Below are positions 23,864-35,082 of a DNA stretch of 64,000 bases, piece after piece. The translations under genes and the position numbers were made by a program. Source of the DNA: Antedon mediterranea (lineage: Eukaryota; Animalia; Echinodermata); assembly GCF_964355755.1 (NCBI RefSeq), contig NC_092675.1, positions 11,465,812 through 11,529,811 of the forward strand, read 5' to 3'. The notes beneath the pieces are model-generated. The model did no database searches, was not told the DNA's origin, and saw only the letters and a list, made by a program, of their open reading frames with translations. The first letter of the stretch is position 1. Every line of letters begins with the position of its first letter.

Positions 23864-26800
23864 CAGGGCTGAAAATTAACGGTCGCCCGGTCGCCAATGG
23901 CGACCTTTATTTGGTAAGGGCGAGTATTAATTTTGTGATGGTCGACCCGTCTGGCGACTTCCAGAAACTGCATCCATCTACCTTAACTAATCTAGGCCTA
24001 GTAGGCTAATAATATATAAGCTAAGTTATAAGCTACAAGCCTAATGGCAGTCCCTCGTTTTTAAGGATCGCGAGTGCGATCGTGCTCAGCAACAACCTTC
24101 AAGGAGAGCAATCATCGCGCTCCATCTTACCAAAAAAGGGGATTCCCCTGCCTGCATTCAAGAAGGGCGAGTTTACTTCATAGCCTCATAGTGCATCCAG
24201 TACGGTGTCATAGAAATACCTTCTTTACAGCAAGCACATGTCCCAACCAATAATTGTTCCTTTTATGCTTACTGCATGTTTTTATGGAACGAGTTTATAA
24301 AATATATTTAATTTTAAAAGGAAACATTAATAGGAGGCCTAAATATAATGTTTATTATTTAAAAAGCTTAGTTGCTTTAATCATGTCATTGATGGGATTA
24401 TTTCTTCAAAAGTTCCAACCAATTTTGGTCACTCAAATCCTCCTCAAAACGGGTAGTAACAAAGTGCGAGGCACGCGAGGCAGGGAAGGCATGCGAGGCA
24501 AGTCAGAAATTTATGCGAGGCATCGTTTTACCATCATCAAAAAATGCGAGGCATCATTTTATCATTTCTCAAAATTGCAAGGCAGGAAATCACCGAAATT
24601 GAAGTAGCCTAGGCCCAGGCCCGCTAGGCTAGTTTCCTTTTGCACCTGCCTTGTATTTTAACCAACTTTATCCTGAATACCACAGCTTAGAATTAGTAGG
24701 CCTACTTTAATGAAGAAAAATCACATAAAAGTAACAATAAATCCATTAAATTGGTGATTTTACAGACGTTGTTTTTCTCGCATTTCGCACACTCAATGTT
24801 CAATATTTTGGTTTCTATGGAACGCCAAAAGAGCAAAATTAATTAGAGGGCTAAAAACTCTGTGGAATCCATTTATATTTAACGCATTATTTGGTGGAAA
24901 TCAAGTACAATTTCAATAGATTTTGTCACTGTCAGTAAGGAAAAATGTTACTTTTGATAATGTACACGGTTTCGTTAACCTTTTAAAGAATAAAATAGAA
25001 AAATTCATCATAATATCCTTAGTAGGATGTCCTAGGTCTAGACTAGGTAGTGATGTTGATTTAGGATCGATTATTATTCTTTGAAAACAGAACAGTATCA
25101 GCAGTAACATATTACAGCATTTTTATTGACAAATTAACAAATATATTGAAATAAAACGTGTTTTTCACCAATAAATGCATGAGAAATTGACGCATTCCAC
25201 TGAGTTTTAGTCCTCTATTATCGTTGCTCTTTTGGCGCTCCATAGAAACAAAAATATTGAACATTGAATAAGTGAAATTCGCGAACAGTGTGCGAGAAAC
25301 ACGCCTGTAAAATCATTAATTTAAGGATTTATTTGTTACTTTTTATGTGATTCTTTCATTAAAGTACTCATGAGGTATACTTCTAAGGTGTGGTATTCAC
25401 ACGATAAAGTTAGTTATCAAATTTGGAGTAAAAATACAAGCGAAGGAAACTAGCGCCAGGTTTATTAGTACGTACATGGACAACAATAAATAAAAATCGT
25501 TCGTAATATACCTAGCTTACTAAAACAGGAATAGTGTATCATTATTAAATATTACACCAACTATTATTATATCAAAATTGATAAAATTATTTTCTACATA
25601 GGCCTCTTATCTAGGTTAGGGCTAAGCATATTAGCTAAAGTTTAATTTTAGGCCTAGTATTACAATTGTCGGACGTAAGTCTTTTTTCACACGCGCTCCA
25701 GAATTCTGTCGCAATTTTTTTCTTTGCGGCATGTTATTGGATCGCCATATCAGTTACCTTTTATTCACCGCCAGTTATTGAACTTGTCCTGGCAATCGAT
25801 GTTCACCTTATTTGCGAGAGAGGTACACGTGTTGTTCCTAGAGAATGGAATGTCAAAAATGTCTTTGGCACGCCGCTCAGAGAGAAGTCTGTGCGTTGCT
25901 GCTGCTGAAACCACGTGCTATAGGAGGGGAATGCACCACAATCCTCTGAGCTGAGGGCTGAATCATTCCGCTACCTGCTAATAGTAAAGAGGGATTTTCC
26001 ATCTCTTGGGTCTACCGGATCTAGGCCCAGGGGTGTGACAAAATATTATTTTCACTCTGCTATGTTCGAGAGACATGTAAGTGAACACGCTCGAAATGCC
26101 AACAAACATTGCAGTCATTTGATGAGTGTGTCGCTATAACAATTATTGTTTATCGAAAGTTGAAGACTGTCGTTCAGATTTTTGAACCGTAGTTTGGGCA
26201 CTTTTGTAAAAGTAACATTTGACAAGATATGACTTGATCAATGAAAAAACAATCGTTACATAAAAATAAACAACATGATGAGTGTATACACGAATCTATT
26301 TAGATACGCTTGTATCGATTGATTATTAGGCCTATAATATAGCATAATAGCACGTTAAGATATGCCTCGCACCTTTTTGAAATCGTAAACTATATGCCTC
26401 GCATGCCTCGCACTTTTGGAAATGATAAAATGATGCCTCGCACAAATATTTGGCATGCCGCGCTTGCCTCGCGTGCCTCGCTGCCTCGCACTTTGTCAAC
26501 ACTCGTTACCTTTTATTCACCGCCAGTTATTGAACTTGTCCTGGCAATCGCTGTTCACCTTATTTGCGAGAGAGGTACACGTGTTGTTCCTAGAGAATGG
26601 AATGTCAAAAATGTCTTTGGCACGCCGCTCAGAGAGAAGTCTGTGCGTTGCTGCTGAAACCACGTGCTATAGGAGGGGAATGCACCACAATCCTCTGAGC
26701 TGAGGGCTGAATCATTCCGCTACCTGCTAAATATAAAGAGGGATTTTCCATCTCTCGGGTCTACCGGATCTAGGCGCAGGGGTGTGACAAAATATTATTT

Positions 26801-27695
26801 TCACTCTGCTATGTTCGAGAGACATGTGAGTAAAATAAAATAAACAACATGATGAGTGTATACACGAATCTATTTAGATACGCTTGTATCGATTGATTAT
26901 TAGGCCTATAATATAGCATAATAGCACGTTAAGATATGCCTCGCACCTTTTTTTTGAAATTGTAAACTATATGCCTCGCACTTTTGGAAATGATAAAATG
27001 ATGCCTCGCACAAATATTTGGCATGCCCCGCATGCCTCGCTTGCCTCGCACTTTGTCAACACTCCCTCAAAACACGTGCTGACGTGTGACGTCATCATCT
27101 TCTAGAAGCTCTCTCAAGGTAGCTCTCCCCAGTTGTGCGTGCATGTGTGACACATGTAAACACGATTAAATATCTTTCTTAATTATTTTAAAATGATACT
27201 TTGTAACTTATTATCAATATTTTAATGGTTATTGCATGTTAGAATTGTATAATTTATGAAATACAGGTAGTTTTCTGTCTGATTTCTAGGCCAACAAGCT
27301 AGGCTAGAAAAGCTAGGCCTAGGTTAAAGACATGTTGGTCAGGATTCTCCAGGCTCCTGAAACCCAATCTAGGCCTACCCAGGCCATACAAGAAATTGGC
27401 TTGATTTTTTTCAATGACGATCCCCACGGAAAATATTGTGTGTGAATGTGGGAGGGGAGGGGAGGGGAGGGGGGGGGGGGGTGATTTTTGGGGAGAGTAA
27501 TTTAATTATCAAAAGTAATAAATGATATAATTGGGAGGGGTGGGGATAAATTCCCTCCCCCTCCCCTCAGCTCAGGCACAACAAAAAATGTACAAAAAAT
27601 TAATAAGGGCCAGCCATTTTTAATAAGGGCGACCATCCTTCAACTTCAACTGGCCCTGCTGGCCACTATGGTTTAAAGGTTAATTTTCAGCCCTG
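23864..27695. mobile_element. Non-autonomous hAT-like element with 6-bp TSD
   Basis: TIR CAGGGCTGAAAATTAAC / GTTAATTTTCAGCCCTG; ATTGTA on both sides. Confidence 0.75.
24451..27064. mobile_element. Non-autonomous MULE-like element nested in the hAT
   Basis: 9-bp TSD CCTCAAAAC (24442-24450 / 27065-27073); G(G/A)GT..T.ACAAAGTGCGAGGCA termini with subterminal GCGAGGCA arrays. Confidence 0.75.
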
Positions 27696-30359
27696 ATTGT
27701 AAAAAAAGGTCATTGGCTTAATAGTTGGAATTCTAAAATTAAAATTTCCCCTAGTATTGTAATTATAATTATTCTAATAAAACGATTGCATAAATAAAGT
27801 GGACAACAATGATTATATATTTTAAAAGCATGACAGACTCGATCTTGGACTTTTAAAATACCAACGTTGGTTAGCTGAGATAGACCTACTGTATATGTGA
27901 TCGGGGACCTAACTTTTTAATAAAACTAATCATTTTGTTTGAGTCGTTTGTAATTTTGTTTTTAATTTGTTATTTACCGTAGAAGACCATGAGCAAACTG
28001 AATAATCAAACATCGGTTGGATTAAAGCAAAACTAAGAATTTTTGCCGTTTGCTTTGTTTATAACAGAGCGGGCAATGATTTCACCTGATACATTTTATG
28101 TGATCGGGGACCTAACTTTTTAATAAAACTAATCATTTTGTTTGAGTCGTTTGTAATTTTGTTTTTAATTTGTTATTTACCGTAGAAGACCATGAGCAAA
28201 CTGAATAATCAAACATCGGTTGGATTAAAGCAAAACTAAGAATTTTTGCCGTTTGCTTTGTTTATAACAGAGCGGGCAATGATTTCACCTGATACATTTT
28301 GGTTAATCTCAATACCTAGATATTTGATAGACTTTGATCCATTTATAGTCGTTCCAAAACAATTTATATTGAATTCGTTGACTTTGCCTAATCTACGTTT
28401 AGAACCAAACAAGATGCATTCGGTCTTAACCATGTGAAGCGAAAGTTGATTGTCAATCAGCCAATTATTGCATGATACGAGATTGGTTTGGAGTTTAGAT
28501 TGGATTGTGATATGATCGTTATGGAAGTAAAAAATCGTCGCATACAATACAAAATTACAAACACTTTCGATACTGATGGCAAGTCGTTCGCATAAATGAG
28601 AAACAAGAGAGGACCCAAAAGGCTACCCTGGGGGACTCCACATCTAATCTCAATAGAGTCCGATTTGGTACCTTTAATATCGACAATCTAATTTCGCCCA
28701 GACAGATACGCTTGAAACCAACCGATAGACCGGCATCCTAGATTTTACACAAACTATCATGATTGACCGAGTCAAAGGCCGTTTGGACATCGAGTAAAAC
28801 CATACCCGTAAATAAACCATTTGAACTCTAAGATGATCTCTAAGATGAATAAGACATGTGTCAGTAGAAAATGATCTACGAAAACCGGATTGATGATCGT
28901 AAATAAGTTGATTCCTTTCAAGGTAATCGGAAACTTGTATATATACCACCTTCTCCAGAATTTTTTAAACTGAGGAGAGGGCAAAAATATAATTTGGAAC
29001 AATTTACAGCCATTGATTTTGTTATACACAAAGTATTCCTTTACTTTGAAATATTTGTAAGCTACAAAGTCAAAGCAATACTGGAAATGGGACTTTGTGC
29101 TGTATGTATTATTATTCTAGGGTGGACCTCAGAAAGTGACAATGTGCATGAGTGGAAAAAAAAACAAAGCAGCTAGAAATCACTTTTCTTAAGAATAATA
29201 ATTTCAACCTAGGTCAATCAATTAATGTGTTTTTTATATAAAATGAAAAGGTTGACCAAAATATCGTGGGTAATACGCACTTTACCTTGATTAAACGCCA
29301 TCGCTAGGCTGCAAAATCAAAAACATCTTGCCAAAATCATAGGCTGAAAGTCCGGACGTGAAAGGTGTTGATTGTACTCTGTCACGTTGTAGCGCGTCAA
29401 ATCGCGTCAGTTCATTTTAAATGGCGTCAGTTCAAGTTAAATTGCGTCATATAAAATTAAATTGCGTAAACCTGCTGTTCTTTTAATAAACAAATAAATG
29501 ATTTTTTGCCATCAAACAGACGAAAGCTACTTGGTAGTTACATCAGATATGTAATTATAAATATATCGGCAGTATTTTATGATAAAATGAATAATATAAA
29601 CCATTTGAAATGTTTGGATAAAAATACAGTACAGTATACATAATGTATTATGAGTTGTTTTTGTTTGATAATGATATATTTACTTACATTGAATGTGGAT
29701 TACAGTTTTAAAGAAGTAAATGCTAATAAATAGGCAATACTGTACTTTAGTTCTTGATTAGATGTTAAACAAAAGAAAACACTATGAAACAATCTTGATA
29801 TAGAATTTTTTAAACATTTTTCTTGTTTCTTGTATTATCTGACTTAATACAGACATGCATAGATTGGTTTACCCTTTAGTATAAATAACAACTAGTCTTT
29901 AATAGTCAATTGACATCTTTATATTTTATATTGAGGTTATTCTATAAAACATAGTTATAAGTTTACCAATAAAGCCATCTGAAATAACCTTTTTGTTAAC
30001 AATCAAATCATTATAAAAATGAAATGGTGTCTGAAGAAAGTCCACAATGTCCAAAATTATTTAATATACTATCTTTATTAAGTAGATGTGCTTGGGACAT
30101 GCCTTTGAATATCTTGTGGATCATTGGTCATTGATAGATCAATTCATGTGCTCCTGCATTGTATTGGTACTTTGCTAAGGTATTACATTTATTAATTTAA
30201 ATACACTTGCTCGTGGAGGCCATACAGGTTATTGGTTTTGATGAAATGGATAGCTGTCTTTGAAATAAAGCCTGTAAGTGTAAAGATAAAAAAAAATTTC
30301 AAAATTCATGATTATATTAATAGTATAATTTGATTCAATATATATACTTATACTCTGTA

Positions 30360-31065
30360 TCAAATGCTTCAAGCGTTTGGTTCTAAATCATCTGAAAAAG
30401 TTACTCCCCATTGGTTTCGACCAGCATCAGTTTGCGTACTGTTCAAACAGGTCTACTGAAGATGCGGTCACATGCATGTTGCATAAGGTACTAGAACACC
30501 TGGATCGTGAGAAGCGATATGTTGTTTATTGACTTCAGCTCGGCATTCCAAAACTCAGATCGATAACACAATACGTGTGCTGAGAACAACCTAATATTCT
30601 GTTAATAAAACCAAGAGAATTGTTGTCGACTTTAGAAAATATAAGTCAAATAAATTTCCGCTGTATATAAATAACTCTCAAGTTGAAATTGTGGATTATT
30701 TTAAGGTGTGGTGATCACTAGCGATCTAAAATGGCACAACCATATTACCAAGTGTACTAAAAAGGCCTAACAACGCCTTTACTTTTTACGTAAACTTAAA
30801 TCCTTCGGAGTGGACCCTTTCATTATGACAGTTTTCTATAAGTCCGTCATTGAAAGTGTACTCACCTTAAGTATTATTTTGTGGTTCACTGGGGCCACAA
30901 ATAAAGATAAGTCTGATCTACAACGTGTTATTAAGTATGCACCACATCTTATTGGAATAGAACAGAGCACTATTGAATTCATTTTCGGGAAGCGTTTAAC
31001 TAAGAAAACGCATTGTATATTGCTAGATTTAAGCCATCCCATGCATAATGTATTTGAGATGTCTG
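30360..31065 (+). mobile_element. Decayed Rex1/Babar-like LINE RT fragment
   Basis: KCFKRLVL, QFAY..NRSTEDAV, FIDFSSAF, NKTKRIVVDFRK, FYKSVIESVLT (ORF 30810..31079). Confidence 0.7.
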
Positions 31066-31537
31066 GTTTTGATTTTTAGCTTTAAGCGGTGATACTCAAT
31101 ACACATGTCACAGATTCGAACTCGACGTACTAAGCATTAATATCAATGGCCAAGGCGTTTTACTCACTGGGCCAAACTATGATTTACAAAAATCATTCTG
31201 TTCAAAGAATAGGTGTTATTAATTAAAACTTCAACGACGCAATCACTCACTGTTTTATTTGGCGGCCCGGCATGGTATTTGTAGATCCGGCCATGGTGGT
31301 ACACAACAGAGGAGGTTGCATAGTTATACAGTCACGTAACATGATCGCAGAGAGGTCAAAATACTGCTATTTTTTGCCTTTTTTATGGTTTTTCCTTAAA
31401 ATTCAGGAAAGAGACATAGCTTATAATGCGCGGCCCATCAATAAATATCAGTGTGCCAAATGTGAGCATGTATTGTTCAGTGGTTATCGTTCAATTTAGT
31501 AGCATTAATATATAGATATTATTATTTTATATTTTAG

Positions 31538-31685
31538 TGTCAAGTGATGAATGGCAAATAGACTCCATTATCCAAGAACAGGAATTGGTTGGTGTAGCTA
31601 TTAACAATGTATGCATACATCCTGGTGGGAAGAGGCTACTTGTGCACTGCAGAGATAACATTATTCGTATGTTAGACTTGAGAAT
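31538..31685 (+). CDS. AHI1: AHI1 exon (SSDEWQIDSIIQEQELVGVAINNVCIHPGGKRLLVHCRDNIIRMLDLR)
   Basis: ttttag acceptor, gtaagt donor; matches [23 protein letters not shown]. Confidence 0.92.
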
Positions 31686-31889
31686 GTAAGTTTTTTTCAT
31701 ATAGAAAATGCTAGTGTAAGCTTCTTTGTTGCCTTACATAATTCTTAATTTTCCAGGAAAAGAATTGTCTTTTTTCAGGAGTTCCGTTGTGTTTGAACAA
31801 TCCCACCCACATCATCCTCCCCTACATCAGCATCCTGTTGTTAGATTGCCTTGATTATAGTTAATAACACATAACATTTGTCTTCTATA

Positions 31890-33650
31890 TCTATATATAA
31901 ATTTACGTAAGGGCAAAATTTGGTAAATCGCGCGTTACTTCTAGAATGTTTACTCGATGGTATATAAAGTTGGTTCGTACTTTCGGTACTGATTTTAACC
32001 ACCTGATGCAACCCTGTTTACTAATTAAATTGAGTTAGATAATTAGTTATTGACAATTAAAACGAATTTAGGTTCAACGATTTGCCCCAAATAGTGGTGT
32101 TTTCCGATCGTGGTATACACTGTCTAATGCATGTCCATCGTGAAAAATACCCGCATACAATAATACAATGATGCTTCGCATTTTCCTATCTCCTCCTACG
32201 ATAATTGTTTTTAATGGCTGAAAACCGGTTGAACAGCTCGAATACAGCATCATAATGTTGAAGACAGGCCGATTTTCTTTTAAAAATACTATTTTGATAG
32301 ATTTAATATACGTTTATACAAATGACAAATGTATTGATTTGCGATGAATGGAACATTCCAAATTATTTGGTTTAACCATACTTGCATTCCTCCATGGTTT
32401 AACACAAGTAGGTAAATTTATGGACCCTTGGAGAATAAACATAAATAGTATTGCAATGCTACACAATACTGCAAATAGGTATTAACCACTTTTGATCGCC
32501 ATTTGAATCGAAAGTGTGTTGGTACTGTTAGATATAATATAAACAAATATACTAATTAACTGTATTACTGTGAGTGTGGGTAGCCCCTACTTTTAGATTA
32601 TAAACACATAAAAATATAAAACTTTATTACTGACAGTTGCTTTTCAACGTTTGTATTAATTAATAATTTCAAAAAATATAAACGTAGTAGTGGTCTTTAA
32701 ATGTACTTTACTATTTCAATCCCCAGTTTTAACAAAGTATTTAATCGGAAATGTTTTACTCTATTTAGTGGTATATTATTTATAGGCCTATAAAAAAAAT
32801 ATTTCGTTTCTGAGTGGATAATAAAGAAATATAAAGAATAATTTAATATAAAGAATATATTTAAAAATTGTTCCTCTTTGTACCTATCCTCATCCCCAAC
32901 CCTAAACTCTAATGTTAGATACGAAACACAAATTGGGTTCGTTTAAATGAGTCCAAATAAAAAATGTGGACTCATTTTGTGACAAGTTTCTTAGGTGCTA
33001 ATTTTGGTTGACTACATAAATCATTGTGTCTATTTATTTGTTTCTGTAAACGACAATGTTTTATAGTCCCGCCGTACGTACATTTGAAATCGCCATTTTT
33101 TGTACGCTGAAATTACTATGTATTGGAGAACCATCTGTGGGCACGAACTAGATGGTAGTATATATAAATTTACGTAAGGGCAAAATTCTGTAAATCACGC
33201 GTTATTTCTAGAATGTTTACTCTATGGTATATAAAGTTGGTTCGTACTTTCAGACTGATTTTAACCACCTGATGTAATTGTAACCCTGTTTACTAATTAA
33301 ATTGAGTTTGATAATTAGTTATTGACAATTAAAACGAATTTGGGTTCAACGATTTGCCCCAAATAGGGGTGTCCATCAAAATACCGGCACACAATAATAC
33401 AAGGATGCTTTTTTCCTATCTCCTCCTACGATAATTGTTTTTAATGGCTGAAAACTGGTTGAACAGCTTGAGTACAGCATCATAATGTTGAAAACAGGCC
33501 GATTTTCTTTAAAAAATACTATTTTGATAGATTACGTTTATACAAATGTATTGATTTGCGATGAATGGAACATTCCAAATTGTTTTGTTTAACCATGGAT
33601 TGGAGGTATATACTTCCATGGTTTAACACAGATAAATTTATGGGCCCTTA
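31890..33650 (+). mobile_element. Helitron-like non-autonomous element (31890-33151) followed by a partial tandem second copy
   Basis: A|TC 5' end (tctatatataaatttacgtaagggc), gggcacgaaCTAG 3' end; the 5' ~500 bp repeats from ~33158. Confidence 0.55.
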
Positions 33651-33700
33651 GCAGTATCATTGAATCAGGCAATGTCAAAATATAATAACATTTATTTTAA

Positions 33701-34619
33701 CACTTTGACTGCCAAACACGGAGATCTTCGTGTTTGGAAATACAACGCTTGACTGCCAAACACGGAGATCTCTGTGTTTCGCGTTTTGTAACGAAATATT
33801 TTACTTTGAAAGTAACTAATCTGGTTACGAACGATCAACTGTCAAAACACTACCTGTCGAAACATCAACATACCCAGCGTATCACAGTAGCGTGTATCGG
33901 CCGCGCTAGCTAGACCGGCGAAGCATTAAAAAGGTTTTTGTGGATTGGCATGTTTATTTGTTATCTGAATAAAAAATAATGGTGTCATTTTGAATATGAA
34001 GTCTTCAATTTTATTATTTATTATTGTATGTATACCCTAATTGTTTCGGTGTTTCACTAAGTGACCGAGTTTCACACAATAGACCTGTTTGGAAATGGTA
34101 TAAATATCATCAGTACTACTGTATTCTAATGTGTACTAGGCTAGGCCTAGTAGCAAAACAATTCCGAACCAACTTTAGGCCTGGTTGACTAGGCTTTACT
34201 ATGTGGATTTTGGCGAAATTGTGACGTAAGATTTATAAAATGTAATACATTTTTAGATAAGTGATAACTTGTTTTTAAAGGCCTTTCGATGCCGTCTAAC
34301 TAACATTCACTTTTTTTGTTGATCTCAACGAGCGATACTTTCGTAGTGTGATGTCTTGCACAAAATCGCGAATATCTCAACTTTCGTGAAACTACGAAAA
34401 ACTAAAAAAGTGGGTTACTTTTATTTTTTAGTCTAAATTACATATCAAATCAGATCACTACCTTCAGCTGAGGTAGTGGAGTCTCTCTTGTACCACAAAA
34501 TCTGCACCACCGATTAAACTGCAATAACTGACTATTAGCTTTAAAAAATGATGTATTTAATTAATGAACATCACATTAATAGGGCGCACTCACAGAATTA
34601 ATTTAAACTTCATGGGCAG
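33701..34619. mobile_element. piggyBac-like element, left end only
   Basis: TTAA-CACTTTGACTGCC followed by duplicated subterminal palindrome aacacggagatct.cgtgtt; no matching right end seen. Confidence 0.45.
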
Positions 34620-35082
34620 ATTTATTTATTTATTTATTTATTACCATATTTACTGAAGGTAGCCTATCCAGTTCCTAATAGAACTGATCATTCAGGGCCC
34701 TCGATAAAACAAACATACAGTACAACACATAAAATATTAAATATTCAAATGACATAAAATATATTAAAGGCTTAACAATTTACAATGATTATATAAAATT
34801 CATATAAAAGTTAAAATCGTTGACAGATAAAAATATATATATATATATATATATAAACAAATCAGGCAAAGAACATTAATTCTAAACCGCCCGGTGATAT
34901 ACTGAAATTTAATTAATTAATTTGAAACGATAAAGATGAGGAAAATCTGTGAGAATGAGAAAAAGTCGCCCCAACCGAGACTCGAACTCGGACCGCCTCC
35001 TTGATATGCAGATGTCCTAACCATTAGACCACTGGGGCTTTCATGGTATTGTTCGAACTCGATTGGATAGCGACTTTAAATA

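Larger units (their letters stand above)
23432..28990 (-). mobile_element. Decayed CR1/L2-group LINE interrupted by a hAT element; ~200-bp internal tandem duplication (~27894-28300)
   Basis: Minus-strand RT fragments (HQSGFRRSFSTDTCL, GVPQGSLLGPLLF, KTECILFGSK), (aaatc)n tail at 23433-23450; frame PMTFFYNAIKEWNNL restored across the hAT insertion. Confidence 0.8.

Noticed and set aside
25666-26703. Duplicated short ORFs (FYSPPVIELVLAI...)
   Set aside because: Arise from a tandem duplication inside a non-coding MULE-like element; no recognisable domain.
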